Source of the DNA: an uncultured Hyphomonadaceae bacterium
GTDB taxonomy: Bacteria; Pseudomonadota; Alphaproteobacteria; Caulobacterales; Hyphomonadaceae
Direction of reading: 5' to 3'
NCBI GenBank assembly: GCA_964342355.1
Contig: CAYFFG010000004.1
Location: 154,975-218,974, forward strand
Length of the DNA: 64,000 nt
In this document: positions 1 through 9,581 of the stretch, piece after piece
Layout: every line of letters starts with the position of its first letter
Position numbering within the stretch: the stretch's first letter is position 1
Translations under genes and position numbers: made by a program
The notes under the pieces: generated by a model
Told to the model about the DNA's origin: nothing
Databases searched by the model: none
What the model saw: the letters and a program-made list of their open reading frames with translations, nothing else

Positions 1-751
1 AAAAGCTGCCTTTGGTGACATTCAGCGACGCCACAATCCGCTCAACAGATGCGCCATGATATCCCAACTGGTTCATCAGGCGGGTCGCGGCGCCAAGGAA
101 TAACTCCGCACCGCCTTTCTTTTCCGGATCTTTCTCCGAGATATTGAGTAATTCGGGAGTCCAATTGCCCCCATCAATCGCCAATCCCTTTTCCAGCACT
201 TCAAACATGCGCTCTTCTACACGCTCAAAATCCTGTTGGGAGTAATCGTGGATCCATGCGGCAAGCCATAAACTGGTTTCCATCAACACGTGGCCTCGCG
301 CATGATTCAGCGCCGCCTCGCGTGCATTTTTCGGCGCATCAAAGAAACCCGCTAAGCGCGCCACAACATCCTTGTATTGCGTGATGACTTCCGTGCGCAA
401 CGGCTCTTCCAGCGCTCGCATATCCGCCAGACTGACAAAAGGTCGGTCCTCGCCTTTGCGAACACGTTGCCAATAATCAAAACGCGTCCTCAACAGCATC
501 CGCACACGCTCTCGCGCTGTTGTGCCAGTTTCAGCGTTTCTCGCCGTTGAATCCAATCTCTCGATCGCCCGCTTGAATGCGGCCGCCGCTAAGAATTCTT
601 TGCGCTTGAAATAATAAGTGACGCTGGTCGAACTTAGCTCAACCTGTTCGGCAACATCGACAAAAGTCAGCCCTTTAAGGCCATTTCTGTTTATGAGGAT
701 TGAAGCAGCGTCGATAATACGCTCACGTTTTTTGGAAAAGCGATCAGACAT
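1..751 (-). CDS. TetR/AcrR-family regulator with two HTH domains (3'-truncated by window edge)
   Basis: Hand translation from ATG at 751: MSDRFSKKRERIIDAASILINRNGLKGLTFVDVAEQVELSSTSVTYYFKRKE... A second TetR HTH appears near residue 215: FLGAATRLMNQLGYHGASVERIVASLNVTKGSF. The frame is open to the window edge and absent from the ORF track. Confidence 0.9.
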   Translation of the reverse strand, partial: MSDRFSKKRERIIDAASILINRNGLKGLTFVDVAEQVELSSTSVTYYFKRKEFLAAAAFKRAIERLDSTARNAETGTTARERVRMLLRTRFDYWQRVRKGEDRPFVSLADMRALEEPLRTEVITQYKDVVARLAGFFDAPKNAREAALNHARGHVLMETSLWLAAWIHDYSQQDFERVEERMFEVLEKGLAIDGGNWTPELLNISEKDPEKKGGAELFLGAATRLMNQLGYHGASVERIVASLNVTKGSF

Positions 752-762
752 CTTATGCTTCT

Positions 763-777
763 GTTCTTCCCTTGTTC
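763..777. promoter_or_regulatory. Candidate alphaproteobacterial LexA box (GTTC-N7-GTTC)
   Basis: GTTC TTCCCTT GTTC, 12-26 bp upstream of the TetR start; overlaps its purine-rich RBS region. Confidence 0.35.
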
Positions 778-1152
778 AAACACCCGTCCTGCATGACATT
801 TTCAGCCTGCGTCACACACACTCGCAAACTTTCTGCAGGTCACATCGTGCGACAACAAAACCGAAATCATATTCAAATCAATTATAAATCTAAATCAAAC
901 CGCAAATTTACTGGCTCCCATTTGCAACCAACATGATATTCTAGCCTTAACAACCAATCTCACACAACCTAATTTAGAATATATGGTATGTGAATTGCCA
1001 AGGCTTGAATCTCTCACAAAATACTTATTTGACATCAGCCTGATTGAGTTTTTATTTCGCAGCTAAATTTGAAATATAGTTTGGAGGGTATCTTCGGATT
1101 TCTTCCTATAAGAGCCGCAAATCTTTGTCGGCTAAACAGAAAGGACATTTAC

Positions 1153-1995
1153 GTGCTCAACCTAAGTGAGGACTTCACAGGCAAGACCGCCATCATAACA
1201 GGCGCAGCATCAGGTATCGGCCGCGCCAGCGCTGAATTATTCGCAAAAGCAGGCGCAAACGTTGTGGCTTGCGACCTGTCCGATTCACTTAACGAGGTCA
1301 TTGATTCGATCACTTCAGATGGCGGCAAAGCGGTTGCGCTGAAAATGGACGCAGGCGCTGAAGCTGACGTCATCAAAGCCATAGACCTTGCATGTGATAC
1401 TTACGGCAAACTCGATTTCTTTTTTGCAAACGCTGGTATCACAGGCGGTCACGTTGATTATTTCGACGCCACACCTGAACTGTGGGCGGAAGTGCTGCGC
1501 GTCAATCTAATCGGCCCTTTCCTGGCCATCAAACACGCTGCACCTAAAATGGTCGAACAGGGGTCAGGCGCTATCGTCTGCACCGCATCTGTGGCCGGCA
1601 TTCGCGCGGGCGCGGGCCCTGGCTGCTATTCCGCTTCAAAAGCAGGCGTCATGAACCTGACTGAAACTGCCGCCTTAGCTCTTGCCGGAACAGGCGTACG
1701 GATCAACGCGATCTGCCCCGGACTTATTGAAACCGGCATGACCAAACCGATTTACGACTTTGTTCGCGCATCAGGTCTGGATGACAAACTCGGCATCCAC
1801 AACCCAATGCGTCGCGGCGGCCAGCCTGAAGAGATAGCATCAACCGCCCTGTTCCTCTGTTCTTCAATGGCAAGCTATATCAACGGGCAGTCAATCGCTG
1901 TTGATGGCGGCCTCTCCTCATCTCACCCAGGCGCATCAGGACAATCTGAAGCGCGCGAGAAATTCATGAAGGCGGTTGAGAAAAACAGCCAATAG
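1153..1995 (+). CDS. Short-chain dehydrogenase/reductase (FabG-like SDR)
   Basis: TGAASGIG, NAG, catalytic YSASK, NAICPG. GTG at 1153 follows an AAGGA RBS (ORF track starts at 1069). Confidence 0.93.
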   Translation: MLNLSEDFTGKTAIITGAASGIGRASAELFAKAGANVVACDLSDSLNEVIDSITSDGGKAVALKMDAGAEADVIKAIDLACDTYGKLDFFFANAGITGGHVDYFDATPELWAEVLRVNLIGPFLAIKHAAPKMVEQGSGAIVCTASVAGIRAGAGPGCYSASKAGVMNLTETAALALAGTGVRINAICPGLIETGMTKPIYDFVRASGLDDKLGIHNPMRRGGQPEEIASTALFLCSSMASYINGQSIAVDGGLSSSHPGASGQSEAREKFMKAVEKNSQ

Positions 1996-2003
1996 CAGCC
2001 AAG

Positions 2004-2039
2004 AAAAAAGACCGGAGCCCTCAAGGTTCCGGTCTTTTT
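2004..2039. terminator. Bidirectional intrinsic terminator
   Basis: AAAAAGACCGGAGCC-CTCAA-GGTTCCGGTCTTTTT between convergent genes. Confidence 0.85.
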
Positions 2040-2061
2040 AATATGTTGATAAATTAATGGA

Positions 2062-3792
2062 CTAACCGGCCGCATCCTCATTGATGAAAAGCTTTTTAAG
2101 CTCGGTTTTGAGAATTTTTCCGTTCGCGTTTCTTGGTAGCGTTTCTTCCGAGAAGAGAATCTTTACGGGGGTCTTGAAGATCGCCAGACGCGATTTCACC
2201 CACTGCTTCAGCTCCTCTTCCGTGGCTGACGTGCCTGGAGCGAGATGCACCACAGCTCCTGGCTCTTCACCAAGCGTGCGGTGCGGGATTGGCACGAGCG
2301 CCGCATCTGTCACGGCCGGATGGTCATAAAGAACGTTTTCCACTTCGCTGGAGTAGATGTTCTCACCGCCGCGAATAATGATGTCCTTGGCCCGGTCCAC
2401 GATGAAGCAGAAGCCTTCATCATCCAGACGCGCCAGATCTCCAGTTTTCACCCACCCATCGATAAAGGTTTCTTTCGTGGCGACAGGTTTGTTCCAGTAT
2501 TCCTGAACAACCATAGGGCCACGCGCCCACAACTCGCCAACTTCGCCAAGCGGCATTTCCTTTTGGCCGTCGTGATCCATGATTTTAAGGTCCGCAACAG
2601 GCACTGGCGGACCACAACTGTCGGGACGGTTTAAATAATCTTCTGCGCTATGACCTGTGACGGTTGCGGATGTTTCTGTCATCCCCCAACCGCTTCCCGG
2701 TTCTGCGCCAAAGACTTCCTTGATCTTGCGCACCAGTTCCGGCGCAGCTGGCGCACCGCCATATCCGATCGCCTCGAGCGAAGAGAGGTCATACTTGTCG
2801 CGGTCCGGGTGTTCGATCAATTGCCATGCAATCGTCGGCACGCCACCGGTCGCATAGACTTTTTCATCCTGAATGATCTCAAACGCTTTGATCACATCCC
2901 ACTTACGCATGAAGACGAGTTTGTGTCCGCCAAAGATTGTCCCCATCAGTCGCGCGCAACATGCGGTTACGTGGAAAAGTGGGATAACCAGAAGTGTCGT
3001 GCGTGGTTGCGGCTCTGGCAGCGCTTCGCCGCGACGCAGAGCCGCCCGCGCAACACCAAACGCAGATGAGAATATGTTGGTCGTCGAATTGCGGTGGGTG
3101 CCAAGCGCGCCTTTGGGATCACCCGTCGTCCCGGACGTGTAAAAGATCGTCGCATAATCATCCGCGACCACTCGATCTTGTGGAATTTGTTTTTCAGGCA
3201 AAGACGGATAGTCGTTCGGCGCGCCGATAATGTCTTCCAGCTTAAGCACATCGCTTGGCAGCTCATTCATCGAGCGGGACACAATCGTTGTTTCCAAAGC
3301 ATCCAGATGACGCACGCGCGGCGCGATTCTGTCCCAGCGCTGTTCGTCACACACCAGAACTTTAGACCCGGAATTCTCCAGGCCGTAATTAAGTTCGTCT
3401 GTCTTCCACCATGCGTTTAAGGGGACGACGATGGCGCCAATGCATGTCGCAGCAAAGAAGATAACAGGCCATTCCGGCAGATTAGCCATTGCAAGCGCAA
3501 CACGATCACCTTTCTTGACGCCTTTGCTTTCAAGGAATGCTGCAAAATTGGCAGTCGCACGATAAAAACCCTCAAACGTCATTCTGTCGTCTTCATAGAC
3601 GATGAACTCACACTCGCCGTGCGCACGGGAGTGCTCTGCCAGGGCTGGCAAAGTTGCGACACAGTTCTTCCATACCCGCGTCTGCACACCGCGAATATCG
3701 ATTGTATCCATTTCAAAATTTTCACCAGGCGCGCAGAGTGTGTCCTCTATCTGCTGATTGGACATAGCGGGCCACTGGCCGGATTCCGACAT
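2062..3792 (-). CDS. Long-chain acyl-CoA synthetase (class I adenylate-forming enzyme)
   Basis: YTSGTTGDPKG, GWGMTET, TGDLARLDDEG, RGGENIYSSEVE, NANGKILK. ATG at 3792 follows a GGAGG RBS. Confidence 0.93.
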   Translation of the reverse strand: MSESGQWPAMSNQQIEDTLCAPGENFEMDTIDIRGVQTRVWKNCVATLPALAEHSRAHGECEFIVYEDDRMTFEGFYRATANFAAFLESKGVKKGDRVALAMANLPEWPVIFFAATCIGAIVVPLNAWWKTDELNYGLENSGSKVLVCDEQRWDRIAPRVRHLDALETTIVSRSMNELPSDVLKLEDIIGAPNDYPSLPEKQIPQDRVVADDYATIFYTSGTTGDPKGALGTHRNSTTNIFSSAFGVARAALRRGEALPEPQPRTTLLVIPLFHVTACCARLMGTIFGGHKLVFMRKWDVIKAFEIIQDEKVYATGGVPTIAWQLIEHPDRDKYDLSSLEAIGYGGAPAAPELVRKIKEVFGAEPGSGWGMTETSATVTGHSAEDYLNRPDSCGPPVPVADLKIMDHDGQKEMPLGEVGELWARGPMVVQEYWNKPVATKETFIDGWVKTGDLARLDDEGFCFIVDRAKDIIIRGGENIYSSEVENVLYDHPAVTDAALVPIPHRTLGEEPGAVVHLAPGTSATEEELKQWVKSRLAIFKTPVKILFSEETLPRNANGKILKTELKKLFINEDAAG

Positions 3793-3884
3793 ATGAGTTC
3801 CTCCCTTGAGTAATTTTTCGCTCTCGACCATCTGACGGGCCTTTGTGAGAACAGAGGCTATATCGGAAGATACGCTCCGACAAC

Positions 3885-3900
3885 TAGAAAGATCGTTCTA
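3885..3900. promoter_or_regulatory. TetR-type operator candidate in divergent promoter
   Basis: TAGAAAGATCGTTCTA, a 16-bp palindrome with one mismatched pair, between the acyl-CoA ligase and ALDH. Confidence 0.45.
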
Positions 3901-4171
3901 AAATGGCTCAATGCCCACATTTCGGGTATTGAGTATGTTTTATCCGCCCAACGCAATCAAAAGTGAACGCCAAAGGCTGAAATTTTGGAATTCCTCGTCG
4001 CCTGTCTCTTTTCTCACAAGCAAAATTGCGCATAAATACCCATGAATGCGCAGCAAAAATATCTACAACAATATAGCTTGCGTAATTGAGGAAGGCACAT
4101 CAAACACTTTTTTCTGCGATTTTAGGAGCCTTTTTACGCTCACTTTGCGGAATTTCATTGGGAGAAATAAA

Positions 4172-5572
4172 ATGTTCCGTATGCTTGTTAACGGTGAACT
4201 TATCTCGTCATCTCAAGCGCTTGACGTGGTTAATCCGGCCACTGGAAAGCCCTTTGCACAGGCGGCGCGCGCTGATCTGGACTTGCTTAATCATGCCGTC
4301 GCCGCCGCACGTGACGCTTTCCCGGCATGGTCAGCGCTCAGCTTTGAAGAGCGTGGCGAATACCTGCGTAAACTGGCTGCTGCAATCGAAGAAAAGAAAG
4401 AGGATTTCGCACGCACGCTCACCCAGGAACAAGGCAAACCTTACAAACAGGCATTCGGCGAAACGCTTGGCGCAATCGGCACGCTGAAAGGCTGGTTTGT
4501 TATGTCCACGCCTTCCAAAACGCTGCGTGAAAACGAAAAAGAACGCGTCATCGAGCACTATACGCCACTCGGCGTTGTCGCCGCGATCACGCCATGGAAC
4601 TTCCCATTGGTCATTGCGACGAGCAAGATCGGCCCTGCTCTGATCGCTGGCAACACTGTCGTCCTCAAGCCTGCGCCAACGACACCGCTGACAACTTTGA
4701 TGATCGGCGAACTTGCCGCAGACATTCTACCCAAAGGTGTTCTCAACATTATTGCCGACGAAAACGAATTGGGCGGAGCGCTCAGCTCTCACCCGGATGT
4801 GGCAAAAGTCAGCTTCACCGGCTCCACCGCCACAGGCAAAAAGGTCATGCACAGCGCCGCTGACAGCCTGAAACGCCTGACACTTGAGCTTGGCGGCAAT
4901 GACGCAGCGATCCTCCTGGATGATGTTGATGTTGACGCAATTGCACCAAAACTCTTTGGCGCGGCGACATTGAACGCAGGTCAGGTCTGTCTTGCTGTTA
5001 AACGCGTTTATGCGCCACGCGAAAAATATGACCAGGTCTGTGACGCACTCGCCAAACTGGCAAATGAAGCCGTCGTCGACTCCGGTGACAATCAGGGCGC
5101 ACAGATCGGCCCAGTCCAAAACGCAATGCAGTTTGAGAAGCTCAAAGGCTTTCTGGAAGATGCCCGCCAAAACGGTAAAATCATCGCAGGCGGCGAAGCT
5201 ATGGATCGTGACGGCTACTTTATCCGTCCAACAATCGTACGCGACGTACCAGACGACGCACGCATCGTAAGAGAAGAACAGTTTGGCCCGATCCTTCCTG
5301 TTCTGGCCTATGACGACCTTGATGACGTGATCGCGCGCGCCAACGACTCCGAATACGGTCTTGGCGGCTCCGTCTGGTCTTCAGACATCGACAGAGCGCA
5401 GGAAATCGCCATGAAGATCGACAGCGGCACAGTCTGGGTCAACAAACACATTGACCTTCCGTTCGACGTTCCATTTGGCGGCGCCAAACAGTCAGGTATT
5501 GGCCGCGAAAAAGGTCAGGTCGGACTGGAAGAGTTCACCCAACCGAAAATTGTGAACATCTCGCTCGCTTAA
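4172..5572 (+). CDS. NAD(P)-dependent aldehyde dehydrogenase
   Basis: ITPWNFP, FTGST, LELGGND, catalytic Cys in GQVCLA, EEQFGP, PFGGAKQSGIGRE. ATG at 4172 follows a GGAG RBS. Confidence 0.95.
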   Translation: MFRMLVNGELISSSQALDVVNPATGKPFAQAARADLDLLNHAVAAARDAFPAWSALSFEERGEYLRKLAAAIEEKKEDFARTLTQEQGKPYKQAFGETLGAIGTLKGWFVMSTPSKTLRENEKERVIEHYTPLGVVAAITPWNFPLVIATSKIGPALIAGNTVVLKPAPTTPLTTLMIGELAADILPKGVLNIIADENELGGALSSHPDVAKVSFTGSTATGKKVMHSAADSLKRLTLELGGNDAAILLDDVDVDAIAPKLFGAATLNAGQVCLAVKRVYAPREKYDQVCDALAKLANEAVVDSGDNQGAQIGPVQNAMQFEKLKGFLEDARQNGKIIAGGEAMDRDGYFIRPTIVRDVPDDARIVREEQFGPILPVLAYDDLDDVIARANDSEYGLGGSVWSSDIDRAQEIAMKIDSGTVWVNKHIDLPFDVPFGGAKQSGIGREKGQVGLEEFTQPKIVNISLA

Positions 5573-5580
5573 AACAAAGT

Positions 5581-5603
5581 GAGGGTAACTTGCGTTTACC
5601 CTC
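5581..5603 (+). terminator. Hairpin after ALDH stop (probable terminator)
   Basis: GAGGGTAA-CTTGCGT-TTACCCTC; weak U-tract. Confidence 0.5.
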
Positions 5604-5771
5604 TGATGTTCCAGATGTATCGTGGCGTCACGACACTGTGCGTGTCGTTGACGTTACGTGCTCTGGTATTTTCAATTCTGCACATGCAGAATAAGCAAGA
5701 CTCAAAATACAAACGATACGCCTGCACACCGCTTGGTCTGCGCGACACAAGACATTAGGAAACGCTCCAAA

Positions 5772-6701
5772 ATGGAAAACACAGATAAGTCAGCCGCTGA
5801 AACCAAACCACGTCGTCGCTTCACACCAGAAGAACTTGTGACAGGCCTGAAATACCTGCTGACCACCGAAAAACTCGAAGACAACCGCTTCAAGGGCGCA
5901 GCCATGGGCAAACCCGGCAAGCCAACGCGTCAACGCGCATTTGGCGGCCAGGTCATCGCGCAGGGCGTCAACGCAGCAATGGCGACCATAGAAGACAACA
6001 AAACTATCCACTCGCTGCACGCCTATTTCATGCGTCCAGGCGATGACGGCCAGCCTATCGAATACGCCATCGACCGGGATTTTGACGGTCGCTCATTTTC
6101 CAACAGACGCGTCACCGCGATCCAGGAAGGCAAGCCAATCCTGACAATGGCGACATCTTTCCAAATTCAGGAAGACGGCTTCACGCACCAGACTGACATG
6201 CCGGATGTGCCGCCACCTGAAGATCTAAAAACCGACGCAGAGCACCTTCAGGAAAACATCGACAAAATACCCGAGCACATTCGCCGTTTCATCACACGCC
6301 AGCGCCCGGTGGAATTGCGTCCGACAAAATTCTCAATGCCAGACGCACCTGAAAAACGCGCACCTCTGCAACATACATGGTTTCGTTTGCCAGCGCCCGT
6401 TGAAGCCGATCAGAACATGCACCGCGCCATGTTGGCCTTTACCTCGGACATGGGCATTCTTGCAGCGTCCATGCTGCCTCATGGTGTCAACTGGTGGACA
6501 AAGAGCATGCAGGTCGCCAGCCTGGATCACGCCGTGTGGTTTCACGAGGACATCAACATGAACGAATGGATGCTGTACGTCATGGAAAGCCCCTGGGCGG
6601 GACATGCGCGCGGCATGACACGCGGTACGATCTTTACGCGTGACGGCCGACTTGTGGCGTCAGTCAGTCAGGAAGGTCTGACCCGCCAGCACAAAACCTG
6701 A
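5772..6701 (+). CDS. tesB: Acyl-CoA thioesterase II
   Basis: FGGQVIAQ, HSLHAYF, RDFDGRSFSNRRV, SLDHAVWFH, LVASVSQEG. Confidence 0.93.
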   Translation: MENTDKSAAETKPRRRFTPEELVTGLKYLLTTEKLEDNRFKGAAMGKPGKPTRQRAFGGQVIAQGVNAAMATIEDNKTIHSLHAYFMRPGDDGQPIEYAIDRDFDGRSFSNRRVTAIQEGKPILTMATSFQIQEDGFTHQTDMPDVPPPEDLKTDAEHLQENIDKIPEHIRRFITRQRPVELRPTKFSMPDAPEKRAPLQHTWFRLPAPVEADQNMHRAMLAFTSDMGILAASMLPHGVNWWTKSMQVASLDHAVWFHEDINMNEWMLYVMESPWAGHARGMTRGTIFTRDGRLVASVSQEGLTRQHKT

Positions 6702-6829
6702 CGCGGCGTTATTTTTTGAACCTATATACATTACAGTCAGCGATCACAGTTTCGTGAACACTGACTGCATAGTGCTGCCCAAATTCGTGACTAGCTTAAC
6801 TGAACCAATCACTCTGGGAGCAAACAATC

Positions 6830-7495
6830 ATGTTGAAATCCACCGTCGCGGCACTTGCCAGCGCCTCTTTTCTTGCGCTTGGCGCGACAGCTCACGCTGG
6901 CGACCATAAAGAAGCAAAAGTCGATGCAGAAAAAGTTGCAGCCCAACTCGCAGAAACAGCTAAAGGCACTTATTCCGTTGATAAAACCCACGCTTTTCTT
7001 TTTTGGAAAGTGAGCCATTTCGGTCTTTCAACTTACACAGCCAAATTCACGGACTGGGATGCGACAATCGACTTTGATCCGGCCAACCCAGCCGCCTCCT
7101 CCGTCACTGCTTCCATCAACCCGACAGCTGTTCAGACTGACCACCCGTCACAAGCTGAAAAATGGCACGGTGAACTTGCTAACGACTTTTTCAAAGCTGA
7201 AGAGTTTCCCGCCATCACGTTCAAATCCACCAGCGTGGAAACAACGGGTCCAAACACAGGTAAAGTCACCGGCGACCTGACTTTCCTCGGTGTCACCAAG
7301 CCAATCACACTAAAAGTGAAATACAATGGTGTTGGCAACGTTCCTTGGTATGGCGAGCGCGACATCATCGGATTTGACGCGAAAGCGAAAATCAAACGTT
7401 CAGACTTCGGCCTCACCCGCATGATCGACAATGGCATCGGCGATGAAGTCACCATCGTGATTTCCGGTGAGTTCCTTCAGGACGAAGCTGAATAA
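6830..7495 (+). CDS. yceI: YceI-family periplasmic lipid/isoprenoid-binding protein
   Basis: Signal peptide; YSVDKTHAFL, FFKAEEFPAITFKS, GDLTFLGVTKP, KRSDFG. Confidence 0.92.
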   Translation: MLKSTVAALASASFLALGATAHAGDHKEAKVDAEKVAAQLAETAKGTYSVDKTHAFLFWKVSHFGLSTYTAKFTDWDATIDFDPANPAASSVTASINPTAVQTDHPSQAEKWHGELANDFFKAEEFPAITFKSTSVETTGPNTGKVTGDLTFLGVTKPITLKVKYNGVGNVPWYGERDIIGFDAKAKIKRSDFGLTRMIDNGIGDEVTIVISGEFLQDEAE

Positions 7496-7509
7496 AGCTG
7501 AAATAATAT

Positions 7510-7541
7510 AAAGAGCCCGGTCAAAGGCTGGGCTCTTTTTT
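7510..7541 (+). terminator. Intrinsic terminator
   Basis: AAAGAGCCCGG-TCAAAGG-CTGGGCTCTTTTTT. Confidence 0.8.
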
Positions 7542-7573
7542 CAGCAAATCAATTGCTTGTGGAAATAATCAAT

Positions 7574-8206
7574 ATGCGCGCACCGCTTAGACAGAGCCTG
7601 TTCGGGCTAGCACTTTCACTTGGGCTTTCTGCTTGCGCGACAGCGCCGGCGAAACAATCATTTGCTGCAGTAGAAGCTGGAGATTATTCGCTCGATAAAT
7701 CCCATGCTTCATTGATTTTTCAAGTCAAACACATGGGCCTTTCATGGTACACGATGCGGTTTGACGATTTCGACGCCAGCTTGAATTTCGACAAGGAAAA
7801 TCCAGAAAACTCCACAGTCTCTGCTGTCATCAACCCACGTTCCATCAACGCCAACCATCCTACAAAAGATGATTGGGACGAGGAGCTGGCAATGGACGAA
7901 CGCTTTTTGCTAGCTGGGCAGTTTCCGGACATTGTTTTCAAATCCACAACGATTGAGCGCACAGGTGAATTTACTGGGATCATGACTGGCGACCTCACTT
8001 TGCTAGGCGTCACAAAACCCGTTTCAATGGATGTCACCTTTAATGGCGCAAACACACCGCCTTGGGCGCCGGGAAAAACCTATGTCGGGTTTTCAGCAGA
8101 AGGTAACTTCGATCGTACTGATTTTGGCATGACATCCATGGCGCCAAATCCTGTCAGCGCTGAAGTGCGTTTTCAGATTGAAGTTGAATTTGCCGAAGGC
8201 GGCTAA
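7574..8206 (+). CDS. YceI-family lipoprotein
   Basis: Lipobox LSAC; YSLDKSHASL, QFPDIVFKST, GDLTLLGVTKPV, DRTDFG. Confidence 0.9.
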   Translation: MRAPLRQSLFGLALSLGLSACATAPAKQSFAAVEAGDYSLDKSHASLIFQVKHMGLSWYTMRFDDFDASLNFDKENPENSTVSAVINPRSINANHPTKDDWDEELAMDERFLLAGQFPDIVFKSTTIERTGEFTGIMTGDLTLLGVTKPVSMDVTFNGANTPPWAPGKTYVGFSAEGNFDRTDFGMTSMAPNPVSAEVRFQIEVEFAEGG

Positions 8207-8334
8207 AGCAAAAGCCAATTGCGCTGTGTGCAATTGGCGACAATGTGTTTGTCGCGTAATGAGTTTCAAACCACTGCAACAAACATTGCCCATAAGAACC
8301 ACCAGAACACCGACCGGTATGGAGTTGTCCTCTC

Positions 8335-9570
8335 ATGACCTTGCTGAAACACCGCTACACTGCCGTCGCTATCGCACTGCATTGGGTTATCGCTCTGGCA
8401 ATCATCGGCATGATCGGGCTTGGCTGGTATATGGGCGACCTGCCAAATGACGCCCCCAACAAAGGCGCGCTTTTCCAGCTTCACAAATCTATTGGGATAT
8501 CCATCTTCGTTTTGACGCTAATGCGCATCTTCTGGCGCCTGATGAACCGCCCGCCAGAAGAGCCGCCAATGCCACACCTGCAGAAGATAATTTCCAACTG
8601 GGTGCATGTGCTTTTCTACGCGCTGATGGTGCTGATGCCGCTCACCGGTTGGATACTGGTGTCCGCCTCACAGCGCGGCTTACCCACAATCTTGTTCAAC
8701 GTCTTAGAATGGCCCCACATCGCTCCTCTGGCGCAATTGTCGTCCGACACAAAAGAGATGCTTTTTCCATTCCTGGAGAACGCTCACTCCAAGCTGGCCT
8801 GGGTCGCAATCGTATTACTCGCGCTCCACGTTGTTGGCGCGCTCAAGCACCAATTTATAGACAAGGATGGACTCATGGCGCGCATGTTACCTGGCCTGTT
8901 TGGCCGCACAGATGGCCCTCAACAATCAGGACGCGGCGGGCTCGTCGCCTTTGGCGGCGCACTGGCGGTGTTTGCAGTCATCGTGGGTATTGGCATGATC
9001 CCGAGCAACGCTGAAACACCTGTTGAAGAGGTCGCGGACGTCTCTGAGCCGGTTGAAGAAAAACTTGTCGTCACTCCCAACTGGGCGATCGACATGGAAA
9101 ACAGCAAGATCGGCTTTTCTGGCATCTACAACAAAAAGCCATTCGAAGGCGTGTTCAACGAATGGGATGCTAGAATCCAGTATAATCCTGATGCGCCCGC
9201 CAAGGCGGCGATCATCGTCACCGTCAAGACGGCGACAGCTGAAACGGGTGATACTTATTCAGACAAATCCCTTCATGGCGCTGACTTTTTCAATACGAAC
9301 GAGTTTCCTGAAGCTGTCTTTGAGGCAAAAGGCGTTTTCGTTGTGGACGACCACCTGGAATTGACTGGCGTGCTTGCCCTTAAAGGCGAAGACTATCCTG
9401 TGCGTATGCCCTTTAATCTGGACATCACAGATGGTAAGGCAGTCATGACGTCATCATTTGCGATGAACCGATTGGCGCTGGGGTTGGGCGAAGACAACGA
9501 CCCAAACGCCGAATGGATCTCTGAGGACATTCAGATGGACATTCAGGTTCAGGCGACACGCACCAACTAA
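8335..9570 (+). CDS. Cytochrome b561 (YceJ-like)-YceI fusion
   Basis: ALHW, LHKSIG, RIFWRL, LHVVGALKH heme-b motifs followed by a YceI domain (FFNTNEFPEAVF, NRLALGLG). Confidence 0.9.
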   Translation: MTLLKHRYTAVAIALHWVIALAIIGMIGLGWYMGDLPNDAPNKGALFQLHKSIGISIFVLTLMRIFWRLMNRPPEEPPMPHLQKIISNWVHVLFYALMVLMPLTGWILVSASQRGLPTILFNVLEWPHIAPLAQLSSDTKEMLFPFLENAHSKLAWVAIVLLALHVVGALKHQFIDKDGLMARMLPGLFGRTDGPQQSGRGGLVAFGGALAVFAVIVGIGMIPSNAETPVEEVADVSEPVEEKLVVTPNWAIDMENSKIGFSGIYNKKPFEGVFNEWDARIQYNPDAPAKAAIIVTVKTATAETGDTYSDKSLHGADFFNTNEFPEAVFEAKGVFVVDDHLELTGVLALKGEDYPVRMPFNLDITDGKAVMTSSFAMNRLALGLGEDNDPNAEWISEDIQMDIQVQATRTN

Positions 9571-9581
9571 GAAAGCCTCTT

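Noticed and set aside
6734-6767. CRP/FNR site in the yceI promoter (TCAC-N6-GTGA within CAGTCAG...CTGACTG)
   Set aside because: Half-sites are inverted relative to TGTGA-N6-TCACA; the dyad is real but unassignable
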